Source: the human T2T-CHM13v2.0 reference genome, Homo sapiens. From it: a stretch of DNA of 64,000 nt. The notes below the pieces were generated by a model. That model saw nothing but the letters and a program-made list of their open reading frames with translations, made no database searches and was not told the origin of the DNA. Location: NCBI RefSeq assembly GCF_009914755.1, contig NC_060926.1. One strand, given 5' to 3'. The position numbers and the translations under genes were made by a program. Below, one piece after another: positions 44,967-63,305 of the stretch; position 1 is the first letter of the stretch; the number at the start of each line of letters is the position of its first letter.

Positions 44967-45652
44967 TTGTATTTGCCTTTTGACATTTTAGTTTGATGTG
45001 TTTGGTTATGTATGTCTTTAATTTATACTATTTGAGTTTGTTGAGCTTCTTGGGTACTCATATTAAGGTTATTTTTTCAATTGTATTTGGGAGCTATTTA
45101 AAAAAATTATTATTACTGCCCCTTTCTGTTGCTTCTTCTGGGACTCCCTTATGCATTGTTGGGATGCTGGATGGTGTCCCACAGATATCTGAGGCTCTTT
45201 TAATTTTTTAATTGTATTTGCTTTTTGTTTCTTATATAAGATAGTCTCAATTAACCTGTCATTAGTTCATTGTCACCAAGTTCACTGATTCTTTCTTCTG
45301 TGTTCTGTGACCTCAAATATGCTGCCAGTCAGACATTCTAGTAAATATTTTGTTTCTGTTATTACCTTTTTCAACTCCAGGATTTCTATTCATTTCTTCT
45401 GAAAGATAATTTCTTTCTTTTTACTGTTATTTTCTATTTGGCAAGACATTATTTGTATACTTTAATTCATAGGCATAGTTTCTTTTAGTTCTTTGAACAT
45501 ATGTATTGTAGGTGGCTTAACATCTTTGTCTAATAAATCTAATATTTGGGTTTCCATGGGAACAGTTTCAGTCGGCTGCTATTTTCCCTTTGTATAAGCC
45601 ACACTTTCCTTTTTGCATATATCATAATTTGTTGTCAAAACTGAACATTTTA

Positions 45653-45969
45653 TTTATTTATTTTTATTTTATTTATTTTATTTTTTTTCTGAGACGGAGT
45701 CTCGCACTGTCACCCAGGCTGGAGTGCAGTGGGACGATCTTGGTTCACTGCAACCTCTGCCTCCTAGATTCAAGCGATTCTGTTGCCTCAGCCCCCGAGA
45801 AGCTGGGACTACAAGCATGCACCACCCCACCCTGCTAATTTTTGTATTTTTAGTAGAGACGAGGTTTCACCATGTTGGCCAGGCTGGTCTCAAACTCCTG
45901 AGCTCAAGTGATCCCCACCTCAGCCCCTCAAAGTGCTGGTATTACAGGTGTGAGTCACCATGCCCAGCC
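45653..45969 (-). mobile_element. AluS (Sx/Sz-like)
   Basis: (TTTA)n tail. TSD aaactgaacatttta at 45638-45652 and 45972-45986. Confidence 0.95.
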
Positions 45970-47586
45970 CCAAACTGAACATTTTAAGTAAATGTTAACT
46001 GTCAACTCTAAAAATTAGATGACCCCCTCCCCTCAGTTTGTTGTTATTTGGTTTTGTTGTTGTTGCTATGTGTTTTTTGAGTTATTTTTCCTTAAAACCT
46101 GTATTCTTTGTTGTGTGTGGCCACTAAAATTTCTGCTCTGTTACCTTTATGGTCAACTAATGATTAGTGGGAGATTAAGCCAGTACGTTTCCCTGCCTTT
46201 GTGAAGGGCCTGTGTGTGTGTGTTGGGTGATGACCTCAATGCTCCAGCAGACTGTTTACTACTCTGTCTTAGCCTTAGCCTTCACTTTCTGCTTGCACAG
46301 AGCCTCAAAGTCAGCCAGAGGTGAGAGCTTAGAGTTTTCTCAGGTCTTTTGTGATCATGCACAAGTCACCATACATGGCTCTATAGATTCCCAGAAATAT
46401 GTTAGTCGTTTTTGTAGACCCCTATGAACATTTTACTCTCCAATTTTTTTCTTTGATTTTTTTGTAAGCCTCTTGTTAGCTCCAGCTATTAAAGCCATCT
46501 CCAACACCTGCATTGTTAAACAGTTGCCACTGATTATTTTTGACAAATATTCTGTAGGTAGCAATGGTTACATAAAGGCAGTTCTGAGTCAGCTGAAGTG
46601 AAGCCATGTCCTGAAAATGGAGCTTAGTGAGCTGCCAGATAGGTCAAATGGTGACTATTCTATGAGAATGGACATTTGGGAACTCCTAAAACTGTAGAAT
46701 GTAGAATTTAAAAACTGTTCTAACCTCTTAGTGACTGCTCAGCTGCTAGTTTACACAGCTACCATAATAGTGAAGCTTTTGGCTTTTGGCCTACTATACA
46801 ACTGGAGAAGAGGATGGGATTAGTGCAAATTAAAATGCCACAAGATTCGCTCTTCATATGGAAATTCAGCCACTTTTCTTGAATAAATATTCTTTGGATT
46901 ATTTTAAGTTTTTAATTTCCAGAGTTCTGAAAAAGGTGATTTTGACAATGTTTGCCAGTGTTATTACCTCAAAGTTTCTAATTCAATAAATCTGAGTTAG
47001 GGCCTGGGAATTATTTTTCCTTTATTAATATTCTCCCTAGTCCTTTGTCTATTCCTTTTTAGATGTTTTTGTTCTTCTTCCTTTGCCTACTCCTTAAATA
47101 TATGGTATTTCCCAATTTCTATGGGTTTTATAAATTCTCTTGATCCCTTATACATTGTCTATAGATATGACATGCTTGATAGAACCAGCTGAAACATTTT
47201 CCTTGTGCACCAGTTTAATGTCTCAGAGACAGCCCCTAATTTAGCATGTCTTAAAATGAACTTATCATCTTCTACATTTATTTTTCTCTCTATATGCCCT
47301 TGTGGGCAACACTGTACAGTTCTTCACTGAATCATTAATTAATTAAATAAATATTTCTTTATTTATTTTATTTTATTTTTAATTATACTTTAAGTTTTAC
47401 GGTACATGTGCACATTGTGCAGGTTACTTACATATGTATACATGTGCCATGCTGGTGCACTGCACCCACTAAATCGTCATCTAGCATTAGGTATATCTCC
47501 CAATGCTATCCCTCCCCACTCCCCCCACCCCACAACAGTCCCCAGAGTGTGATATTCCCCTTCCTGTGTCCATGTGATCTCATTGT

Positions 47587-51410
<3,824 letters not shown>

Positions 51411-51473
51411 TATGATGTTAGCTGGTTATTTTGCTGGTTAGTTGATGCAGTTTCTTCCTAGTCTCGATGGTCT

Positions 51474-52490
51474 TTACATTTTGGCATGATTTTGCAGCGG
51501 CTGGTACCGATTATTCCTTTCCATGTTTAGCGCTTCCTTCAGGAGCTCTTTTAGGGCAGGCCTGGTGGTGACAAAATCTCTCAGCATTTGCTTGTCTGTA
51601 AAGTATTTTATTTCTCCTTCACTTATGAAGCTTAGTTTGGCTGGCTATGAAATTCTGGGTTGAAAATTCTTTTCTTTAAGAATGTTGAATATTGGCCCCC
51701 ACTCTCTTCTGGCTTGTAGGGTTTCTGCTGAGAGATCCACTGTTAGTCTGATGGGCTTCCCTTTGAGGGAAAACTGACCTTTCTCTCTGGCTGCCCTTAA
51801 CATTTTTTCCTTCATTTCAACTTTGGTGAATCTGACAATTATGTGTCTTGGAGTTGCTCTTCTCGAGGAGTATCTTTGTGGCGTTCTCTGTATTTCCTGA
51901 ATCTGAATGTTGGCCTGCCTTGCTAGATTGGGGAAGTTCTCCTGGATAATATCCTGCAGAGTGTTTTCCAACTTGGTTCCATTCTCCCCATCACTTTCAG
52001 GTACACCAATCAGACGTAGATTTGGTCTTTTCACATAGTCCCATATTTCTTGGAGGCTTTGCTCATTTCTTTTTATTCTTTTTTCTCTAAACTTCCCTTC
52101 TCGCTTCATTTCATTCATTTCATCTTCCATCACTGATACCCTTTCTTCCAGTTGATCGCATCAGCTCCTGAGGCTTCTGCATTCTTCCCGTAGTTCTCGA
52201 GCCTTGGTTTTCAGCTCCATCAGCTCCTTTAAGCACTTCTCTGTATTGGTTATTCTAGTTATACATTCTTCTAAATTTTTTTCAAAGTTTTCAACTTCTT
52301 TGCCTTTGGTTTGAATGTCCTCCCGTAGCTCAGAGTAATTTGATCGTCTGAAGCCTTCTTCTCTCAGCTCGTCAAAGTCATTCTCCATCCAGCTTTGTTC
52401 CGTTGCTGGTGAGGAACTGCGTTCCTTTGGAGGAGGAGAGGCGCTCTGCGTTTTAGAGTTTCCAGTTTTTCTGTTCTGTTTTTTCCCCAT
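51474..52490 (-). pseudogene. ORF1: L1 ORF1 (RNA-binding chaperone), two nonsense codons
   Basis: 1017 nt running MGKKQNRK...HAKM*. Stops at codon 110 (CGA>TGA) and codon 282 (Y of YPAKLS to TAG). Confidence 0.95.
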
Positions 52491-53387
52491 CTTTGTGGTT
52501 TTATCTACTTTTGGTCTTTGATGATGGTGATGTACAGATGGGTTTTTGGTGTGGATGTCCTTTCTGTTTGTTAGTTTTCCTTCTAACAGACAGGACCCTC
52601 AGCTGCAGGTCTGTTGGAGTACCCTGCCGTGTGAGGTGTCAGTCTGCCCCTGCTGGGGGGTGCCTCCCAGTTAGGCTGCTCGGGGGTCAGTGACCCACTT
52701 GAGGAGGCAGTCTGCCCGTTCTCAGATCTCCAGCTGTGTGCTGGGAGAACCACTGCTCTCTTCAAAGCTGTCAGACAGGGACATTTAAGTCTGCAGAGGT
52801 TACTGCTGTCTTTTTGTTTGTCTGTGCCCTGCCCCCAGAGGTGGAGCCTACAGAGGCAGGCAGGCCTCCTTGAGCTGTGGTGGGCTCCACCCAGTTCGAG
52901 CATCCTGGCTGCTTTGTTTACCTAAGCAAGCCTGGGCAATGGTGGGCGCCCCTCCCCCAGCCTGGCTGCCGCCTTGCAATTTGATCTCAGGCTGCTGTGC
53001 TATCAATCAGCGAGACTCCCTGGGCGTAGGACCCTCTGAGCCAGGTGCGGGATATAATCTCATGGTGTGCCTTTTTTTAAGCTGGTCGGAAAAGCGCAGT
53101 AATCGGGTGGGAGTGACCCGATTTTCCAGGTGTGTCCGTCACCCCTTTCTTTGACTGGGAAAGGGAACTCCCTGACCCCTTGCGCTTCCCAAGTGAGGCA
53201 ATGCCTTGCCCTGCTTCGGCTCGCGCACGGTGCACACACCCACTGACCTGTGCCCACTGTCTGGCACTCCCTAGTGAGATGAACCCAGTACCTCAGATGG
53301 AAATGCAGAAATCACCCATCTTCTGCGTCGCTCACGCTGGGAGCTGTAGACAGGAGCTATTCCTATTCGGCCATCTTGGCTCCTCCC
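52491..53387 (-). promoter_or_regulatory. L1 5'UTR internal sense promoter and antisense promoter
   Basis: Intact YY1 motif CAAGATGGCCG near 53368-53378. Most GC/CpG-rich part of the window. Confidence 0.8.
52939..53154 (+). CDS. ORF0: L1 antisense ORF0, 71 aa, open
   Basis: MVGAPPPAWLPPCNLISGCC...GVTRFSRCVRHPFL* has the same length and termini as primate L1 ORF0. Expression unknown. Confidence 0.75.
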   Translation: MVGAPPPAWLPPCNLISGCCAINQRDSLGVGPSEPGAGYNLMVCLFLSWSEKRSNRVGVTRFSRCVRHPFL

Positions 53388-53860
53388 TAAATAAATATTT
53401 ATTGAGTTCTTATGAGGTTCTATAGGCCCTGAAGGTGCAATAGTGATATAAAGAAACAAACAAATATTTACCTCTCCAGAAAGGTATATTTCTAGTGAAA
53501 GAGACAAAGCAAATAATTAAAATATGTTGTGTGTCTGATATTGACAAATTCTTTGGAGAAAAATGAGCGGGAAAGATTGCTAAGGAGAGCCAAGATGAGG
53601 ATAAAAGTTGCAGTTCTAAGTAGGATGCTTAGGGAAGTCATCACTGAAAAGTTACCATTTAAGCAAAGATCTGAGGAGGTGATAGATCAAGTCACGTGGG
53701 TACCTGGGGGAAGACTGTTACAGGATGAGGAAACAGCAGCTGCTCAGTGTGAGGCAGGAGTGTACCTGGCATTTTGGGAAAATGATGAGGTAGCCATTGT
53801 GCCTGGCTTCAGCGATAGGAGAGAGCTCAGACAGGTAATGGGAAACATGATTGTCTTGGT
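53388..53860 (-). mobile_element. L2 3' relic (its terminal ~30 bp lie at 47325-47356, displaced by the L1)
   Basis: aaatatttattgag...tatttctagtgaaagagaca...tcactgaaaagttaccatttaagcaaagatctga is a reverse L2 pattern. Confidence 0.8.
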
Positions 53861-54094
53861 CCTGAATTCCTGTTTTCTTAAAAATTGGGAACTGTCCTTC
53901 AGAGATTAAGTAATTTATATCATTCTTCTCTTTGTCCTTTGTCCTCCACATCTTGTAAGTTATCACATTTTATTGATTCCAACTCCTATGTTACTCTTCT
54001 GCCTATGCTCTTCTTCATCCTTGATACTTTTGCCTTCATTTGGGCTTTTATCATGGTCACCCAGCTGGTCTGCTGCCAGGCTCACATGCCGTAT

Positions 54095-54560
54095 TCAACA
54101 CTCATTCACAAGAGATTTATTGAATACCTTCTGTGTTCTAGGTCCTGTGCTAGATATTGTGGATATAATGGTTATTAAACTTGAAATGATCATTGCCCTT
54201 AGAAAACTCATAGTAACTGGTTTATAGAGACTGTTAATGACATAGAGCAGTGTAATAAGCACTTTGAGGGCAAGCACTCTTAGTAGCACATGGGAGGCTG
54301 GTAGCTCTGATTTATGAGTGCGAACTCTCCAGAGTAAGCTATACTCCTGTTACTATCTGAAAGATAAGAGGGAGTTATACCTTCAGAGAGAAAAGAAACA
54401 CTGTCCAAACGAAGGGACCACTTGTACAAATGCCCAGAAAATGGAAATGAAAGCAGTTTACTGTTACCAGATACAGCATAGGGGAAAGTGGCTCAAAATC
54501 ATCCCGGACAGGTACAAAAGAGCCAGATCATACATGATATCTTTAGGCCCTATTAAAGTA
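54095..54560 (-). mobile_element. L2 3' relic
   Basis: cattcacaagagatttattgaatacc...aggtcctgtgctagat. Confidence 0.75.
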
Positions 54561-54649
54561 TTTGGTTGATTAAATGATTTGGTTGACCAAAACGATAATT
54601 TTAAACAATCATACAATAATTTATCTCCCAGAATTAAAACCGACCAATG

Positions 54650-55145
54650 ATTCCCTGCTGACTTTAGATTAAATTTAAACTGTATAACATAGCACCTGAG
54701 GTGCTTTAATCTGGCTTTTGCCTCTTCAACATCAGCTCCCACAGGCCCCACTTGTCTGTTTGTACACTAACAGGAAAGAACTGCTTATAACTACTCCCCA
54801 GAAGAAACATCTCAAGTCTCCAGGCCACAACAGATTCTAAGAGTGCTCTTTCGTCCCGCCAACCTCATGAATTCATATTTGTCCTTCAAAATTAATCTCA
54901 GATATCATCTTCTGTAAGAATCTTTTCCTGAAAATTCAAATAGAGTTAATCATGTCCTCTTCTGTGATACCAACACTTCTGTATGATCTTTTCTTGCAGT
55001 TATCATAATCTACAAAACCTGTTTACATGTTTAACTTCTCCACTAGTGTGAGCTCTTTGAGAGTCTGTGGATTTTTTTAGTTTTTATTTTTTGTCTGTGC
55101 ATATTTTAGCATAGCGCCTTTCACTTAGCCAAAGTTAATAAATAG
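54650..55145 (+). mobile_element. L2 3' relic
   Basis: atttgtccttcaaaattaatctcagatatcatcttct...ccactagtgtgagctctttgag. Confidence 0.65.
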
Positions 55146-55559
55146 TGAATTTAGTTACTCTAATAGAAGGCTTGGTTAATTTTGACCAAAAACTAATGAT
55201 AATTATTTATAGGAAATAACATAAACTTATAGGTCATTTAAATCACAAGACTGTGATAGTGCTCAGCACACTTGTTATTTATTGAATGATAGCCAACCTT
55301 ATTATAATATAATTTTCATGAGAACAGAAAGCTTATCTGCCTATTGACTGCTCCTCTTCCATAGCTAGCACAGTTCCTGGCACATAGAAAGATACTTCAT
55401 AAGTGCTTGTCCCTATCACACTTGGTACATTATTATAGTTTATACGATTTTTAAAATTCTTTACTTTCAGTCACATAGCAATATGGTCACCATTAAATAT
55501 TTAAATAATTTTGTAAGTTATTATTTGAATCAAAACATCTGTTCATTTTTGTTTTACTT

Positions 55560-55777
55560 TTTTATTTCTTTTTTTATTATTATTATACTTTAAGTTCTGG
55601 GATACATGTGCAGAATGTGCAGGTTTGTTACATAGGTATACATGTGCCCTGGTGGTTTGCTGCACCCATCCACCTGTCATCTACATTAGGTATTTCTCCT
55701 AATGCTCTCCCTCCCCTAGCCCCCCACCCCCAAACAGGCCCCAGTGTGTGATGTTTCCCTCCCTGTGTCCATGTGTT
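55560..55777 (-). mobile_element. Very short 5'-truncated L1PA (about L1PA7), 3'UTR only
   Basis: gttctgggatacatgtgcagaatgtgcaggtttgttacatagg...ctcccctagccccccacccc. Possible TSD tgttttact. Confidence 0.92.
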
Positions 55778-56099
55778 TTACTATAATAATGCTTTAAATT
55801 TTCAATTTCTGGTTATTGTTTTTTTAAAAGCATGGTATTTTATCATAGACAATAGGTTGTCTTCTCCAAAGTGAGTACTTAAGTCCTAAAAGCATGAAAC
55901 TACCTTCTAGGCACTTCAGAGACCTTGAGCAGTGTCTCTCATCCAGCCCAAGCTCAGGTATTCCTTACATAGCAGCCTGCAAAGCATCCGCCATAAAAAC
56001 TACTACAAATGCCTCATAGATAACATCTCAGAATTATCTCATCACTGGGGGCAGTTCTGAAAAGAAGAAACTTAGATAGCAAGTAAATATTTTTAAAAG

Positions 56100-56780
56100 G
56101 TAAAGCCTTGCCAGTAATCACTGAAATTGAAGAACTAGGATATATTAAACCTTTCTCACTATCAAAGATTTTTTATTTTTTTGATACTAATAATACACAT
56201 AGAAGTAAGTGTGCTATGAAATGGGCTCTCTCAGGTGCCACTGGTGAAAGTGTAAATTGGATTAACTTTTTTATTCCAGAGGACAGTTTAACAATATATA
56301 TTGAAAACATTTAAAATGTTCATACTCATTAATATCTCAAAAATATTCATCACGATGGAAATGTTTTAGAACTAGATAGAGGTGGTGGTTACACAATATT
56401 GCGAATGTATTAAATGTCATTGAATTGTGCACTTTAAAATGGTTAATTTTACATTATATGAATTTCATCTCAAATTATTTTTTAATAATTATCCTAACAA
56501 AATAATATGCTAGCATTAATTAGAATGTTAATTTCAGCATTATTTACAATAATAAAAATTTAAAAATAAAATAAATGTTTAATAGAATAGTGATTATATA
56601 TGATCCATCATATGCTAGAATACTGTGCAACCATTGAAAATAATATTTTAAGGGATTTTTAATGATATGGGGAAGTGCTCAAGAGAAAATGTCATGAAAA
56701 ATGTTGAATATAAAAGTATGCAATTAGACAGTTATGCAAAACAAGCATACACAGCAAAAGACCTAAAGAAAATTATAAGT
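56100..56780 (+). mobile_element. L1ME 3' relic with a nested L1M 3'-end fragment
   Basis: ggtgaaagtgtaaattgg...ggacagtttaacaatat and gatggaaatgttttagaactagatagaggtggtggtt. Confidence 0.65.
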
Positions 56781-57052
56781 ATTACTTGAACGCCTTTAAG
56801 CACATGAAGCCCTTGTCTCAGAGGTTTAAATGGCAGGTTTTTCTTTAAGTCTCTTGCTTCTTTAAGACTTTTGGCCATTTGGGACTCTGATTTTGTCAAT
56901 GGTCTACTCATTATACCCAGAGCCTAAACCTTCGTGGTACGAAGAGCCAGGACAAGAGAAAACGTTACTAGTATACCAACTTGGGAGGTTATACTTGGCC
57001 GTTTATACTGTCATTTAACTATAAATGGATTAAGTATGATTTGGAGGACTAG

Positions 57053-57452
<400 letters not shown>

Positions 57453-57729
57453 CCATTATTTCCTGTAATCTTTATAAAAACACGGTAAAGTAAAAAACTG
57501 CTTTTCTACCTACTTTACAGATGGAGAAACAAAAAGGGCCATTGACTTTCTCTGGGTTACACAGGTAGTTAGTTAATCAAGACTCAAACACTCTTATTCT
57601 GTTTCCAAATCCGTGCTTGTTCTCATGTACCACATAGCTGTTATTCCTCTATGCCACACTGGACATGACAGCACAAAGCCTCAAATACAAACAGTCCTCA
57701 TTTTGCAGATAAGTTGTCTTCTAATTATA

Positions 57730-58017
<288 letters not shown>

Positions 58018-58164
58018 TAACTATATTTCTCAATTAGAAGTATATATATGTAATGCTTTTTCTCATAGGTATAGCATTATACTCATTAAGACTCAACCCC
58101 CAAGAGTGTTTCTCAGGTCTGAATTGGCAAATAACTCAAAACTCATAATGCCTCTTCCGTGACA

Positions 58165-58350
58165 ATTCCTAATATTTAGTTAAGCTTTCCCTTTGCAGGT
58201 ACTAACCCTTTCAATCCCCTCAACAACTCTAGTAAATATGAGCATTATCTCTGTTTTCATAAAAGAAAGCTGAAGTACAAAGTCAGACAGGTAATTGGTA
58301 CCAAAACCAAGATTTGGATCCAGGCAGTCTGAACTTGCACTGGCTTTAGT
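58165..58350 (-). mobile_element. MIR SINE relic
   Basis: aatcccctcaacaactct...attatctctgtttt...gatttggatccaggcagtctga. Confidence 0.75.
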
Positions 58351-58505
58351 ACCCTTCTTAACATGGTGTTTCAGGCAGCAATCAAAATTGGCACTCAAGA
58401 AGAAATCTATGTGCTATGTAAAATTTGTCTGTGTTCTGAAAGTGTGTGATGCACACTGGCTCTCAACCCTGGCTGCACATCAGAAACACCTGTGGGGTTT
58501 TCTAG

Positions 58506-58836
<331 letters not shown>

Positions 58837-60389
58837 GGTGCATCACAGATTATTTTGGTGTGGTATATAAGGTAGTTATGAAAATGTGGAAATGTACCTG
58901 GATATTACAATAAACAATGAGTAGTGTGGCCATTACGTGCTATAAAGAACAATCATAGCTTTTGGAATCAGGTGAGAAAGCTTCCTAGAGGTGATGGCAT
59001 TTTGAGTGGTCATGTGAAATATGAGGGAAACTGTTGAGTAGGATCATTTCAAGGGATAGGATATACTGTAGGAGATACCTTTGAGAAGGATAAGCAGAAG
59101 AGATTTATATGTTTTTTCACTGAAAATTATAATTAGGGATGAACTTGCATCTTAGCCCCTTAGTATTTGATTTTTAAATCTTAGTCCACCGAATTTTAAT
59201 TTGCCTTATATCAGTTCTTTAAGAATTACAAAGGAGTTAATAATCCTTCCCTCCTTTTAGCTTGCATGGCATTTTATTTGTACCTCTACTTTTATAGTGA
59301 TTTGTGTGTATTTGATATCCTCAACTCTGTGTTCTTAAAACACCCAAGAGTACCTAAACTTGCTTTGCACGTAGTAGGAGTTCAAAATATTATTATATTG
59401 AATTATGGGAGAAGACTCATTTTCTTGCACATACTGCCTTCTACCTTTTCTTCTGTGTACTCTCTGCAAAAAGTAAATCACAACCATGAGTCAGTTTCAC
59501 AGCTACAAATATTGGTCCTGGTACCGATATATAGTTTACATACACTTAACTTTTTCACTGATACATTTAGCTTTCAAGAAATTACTACTCTTTAATAAAC
59601 CCACATCAGTGGGCAATATGTGACCACAAACACCCCTATCTTAGGCTTAACCATCCAGTCTGTTTTAGCCATCCATTCAGCTGTGAGCTCTAATCCGGAG
59701 TGGGACATTGAGCAAAGTGAAGATCCAGAAATAACCCATTGGACTTAGCATCTCATTGACCAAAGAAGCTCTGGCATTATGGGGATGCTGGGATCTGGAT
59801 CTGAGCCCTCCTGGTCAGCATCTTTATGCTGAGGACTATGAATAGGGACCAAGAAAGACTTTAAAGCTAAGGAAAAATTTGAAGCTTAATAAGAAAAATC
59901 TTACTTAGATTGAGGAAGTGTTGTCCACACAGAGAAAGTATTTGTGGATCCTCCAAATGACTTTAATCCATACTTTTTTTTTCTTAATAGTATCTTCCTT
60001 CACGTTGCAGTAGGAGTGTAGCCGTTTACTAGGGGAACAGACAGGCTGATTATTTGGGACAATGTTTCACATCCTTGACTCTTGTTCTGGTGGATGTTTG
60101 TTCTTGCTATAATTTGGATCATACCAGGAACTGTAAGGATTATTTCTTGAAAGAGTCAGAGCATAGACTGATATTATTATTCTTTGAATTTTTCTATGTC
60201 TTCTAGTATCCTGATACCAGGCTCTTATTTTGTTAGCATTTTGAATTGAGAACTTACAAACTACATTACTGTAACAATACTTAGCTATTGTTAGTGTATT
60301 TTCAGCTAGTTTGCCAAAATTTCGCCAACATTTAGGGCTAAATTTACTTTGTCAGAACTATCACTGTGGTAATTATGGATGTTTAATGG

Positions 60390-60819
60390 TTTTGCTAATG
60401 TAATAAGTGATGTGAGTGGTCTGCTCATATGGTTTGAAATCCCTTGCCATTTTGTGCACACCTGCCTTCCAAAGGCCAGCTCCTCCACCTAAGCTGTAAG
60501 ACTGCCTTTGAGCTAGTAGAAGCCACTAGGGGAAGACCTTAAGCAGTGATTGGCAGGTTTCAGCATATAAATACACTAACTTCTTTGGCCCTTACTTAGC
60601 CAATTCTAAGGCATGTGCCTACACTATTTGTCAAGAGTTTCCTCTACAGGATTAAGCTTCAGTTGGCGCCTGTGATTGCTATCTTAATATATTAGCTGCC
60701 TTCCCTTCTGTTATCATGTTCCCCACCCCCCTGTCCATTTACTGAGACCCTCCCAAATAACTTATCTTCACTCATTCATTGTCTCAGAGTCAGCTTCTGG
60801 AGGAACTCCAACTAAGACA
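60390..60819 (+). mobile_element. LTR16-like (ERVL) solo LTR
   Basis: 3' end gtctcagagtcagcttctggaggaactccaactaagaca, preceded by ccctcccaaataac. Confidence 0.7.
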
Positions 60820-61856
60820 ACTACCTAATTAACCCAACGATTAGAATTATTCACATTTAGGCTGATGTTAATTTATTTTACACTGTCATGATAAATTGTT
60901 TAGAAAAAATTGACAATTTTTCTAAATTGCTGTAAGGGTGATCTGTTTGAATTTATTTGAGATTTAAAATATTTAGGATGACATCTCTTTTCTTTTTTTG
61001 TGACACAAAATTGTTAAAATTACTGGCTATCAAATACTAGTAAAAATTAGCAATAGTGTGTGAGTAAAAGGGTGTTACATGGTCACTTATTAGCATTCTA
61101 AACACAACTTTTAGTAAAATCAATATAAGTAATAAAGTCTTAGGAAAAATACATTCTAACAAACAAAAAAGAATATAATTCTAACAAAAAGTTTATGGAG
61201 ATCTATAGTCTAAACTAAAATGAACCTTAATACCTCTAAAATGCTCAAATATTAATGTTTAGGGGCACCTAAAATGCTAAAGAATTGAAAACAATAAAAA
61301 ATGGCAAATAAATAAGATCCTAAGACAGTAAAAACTAATATTCAGAGAACTTAATGTACCAAATAAACTAATAAAATACTTAACAGCCACCTTGATACTA
61401 AAAGTAAGTTGTAATAAAATGCTCAAATGAAAGTATTAAGACAATCCACTTTATGTCTCCACCCATCTTATCTGTCTCAGCCTGCTTTTCCTCAAACCAC
61501 CAGCATGTTAAGATAATTCAGTATACTTTTCTTGTTCTTTTGCTTAATTTGACCAGTTTTGTTTATATCACAAGTTGAGAAACTGCCACATATTTTTTCT
61601 AAATGTTTTGGTTTTTAAAAAATGTTCTTTTATAATTCAAATAACTCCAAAGACATTATAGTGTAATGAATAGGATCATAGGTCTTGGAGCCTAAGCCTG
61701 GACTTTAGGCCCATTCCTGGGTCCAATCCTGGCTCTGCCACTTTCTTGCTAAGTGACCCAAAGCACTTTACTTCTTCTCTTAGCTTTGATTTCCATCGGT
61801 TAATTTGCGGATGATCAGAGCATACTATCCATAAAGTTGCTTTGAGAATTAAATAA

Positions 61857-62146
<290 letters not shown>

Positions 62147-63164
62147 GAGAATTAAATAACTTAAATGTACAGTATTTAGAATAGCGCTTGGTATGTATGA
62201 ATGTTCAATAAATGTTCATTTTTTTCATGTAGAAAACAATGTATTATGGGTAAAATTAGACTTTATAAAGTTGAGTTGAGATAAAAACTGAGATAAAAAG
62301 TGGTTGACATATGTAACCACTTTTATATAATGATTAGTATGGGGAAAATGCATTCTAATTACCAGACTACTGACTTCAAAAATGAGTGTTTGAAACACAA
62401 CTTGTTTGTAAAATACTACATCTTTTACTAATTTTTTCATGTAGTGTTTACTATTTTTCTAGTAAGGCAAAGTGAATGATATGCCTACTGTGTGCTAATC
62501 AGCACTTTCATGTCATTGCATGTAATCCACAAACAGTCCTACTAGGTAGCTAGTAAGAACTTCATTTAAAAGGAGGAAGTTGGAATTTTAGAAGGGTCCA
62601 GTGATTTATGCAGATAGTAGCTGTTGTAATGTAGCCTCTATAACTCCAAGCTCAAAGCTTCTGCTACTATCTTCTGTTATTAACAGGGGAGAGGTTTGAT
62701 ACATGTAACAACTGTTATGCTACAGGCACCAACCATTCTGGCATTATAGTGGATGCCAGAATACTAGAGGATCCCTGTTGCACCAGGTGTTAACCTTAGG
62801 GTATATGGAGGTGTCTTGGTGGGGGTAGGGTCCATAGAGAAGGGGACATTTGGAGAGCTTGGAGCAGTGCCCATTTTCCAACCAGTATTTAAGTATTATA
62901 TTATTTAGTATTTTAGCAACTAGTACAGCCACACTGTTCTTTCTGACCAAACATTAGCCATATAAAAATTTTGATATAACTAGTGTTATAATTAAGTATA
63001 AGAAAAAATTTAAAGACCATATTAATTTTTGTTTTCATGTTTTTTTCTACAAGACGTTTTTAGGACCAGGCATAATTGAGAATTTCTTCCTTGTAATTCT
63101 TGCTAAACTATAAGTACATAAATATTTGGTCCTGTTTCACTTACATTGATTGATTAATCACTGA

Positions 63165-63305
63165 TTGTTTCAGTTCATTTCCTGTTGCCATAACAAGAAT
63201 ACCTGAGACTGGGTAAATGATAAGAAAAGATAATTATTTCTTACAGTTCTGAAGGCTAGGAAGTCCAAGACTGAGCAGCCAACATGTAGTGAGGGCCTTC
63301 TTGCC
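63165..63305 (-). mobile_element. MaLR (MST-like) LTR fragment
   Basis: gttgccataacaagaatacctgagactgggtaa...ttacagttctgaaggctaggaagtccaaga. Confidence 0.85.

Larger units (their letters stand above)
44640..46970 (-). mobile_element. Ancient L1M relic (ORF1/5' region) split by two Alus
   Basis: cttcttctgggactccc...gatggtgtcccacagat and ttcctggagttgaaa-like ORF1 motifs. Confidence 0.7.

Noticed and set aside
53529-53909. 126-aa ORF just downstream of the L1 antisense promoter
   Set aside because: It lies in antisense L2 sequence with a GTG start and has no protein features.
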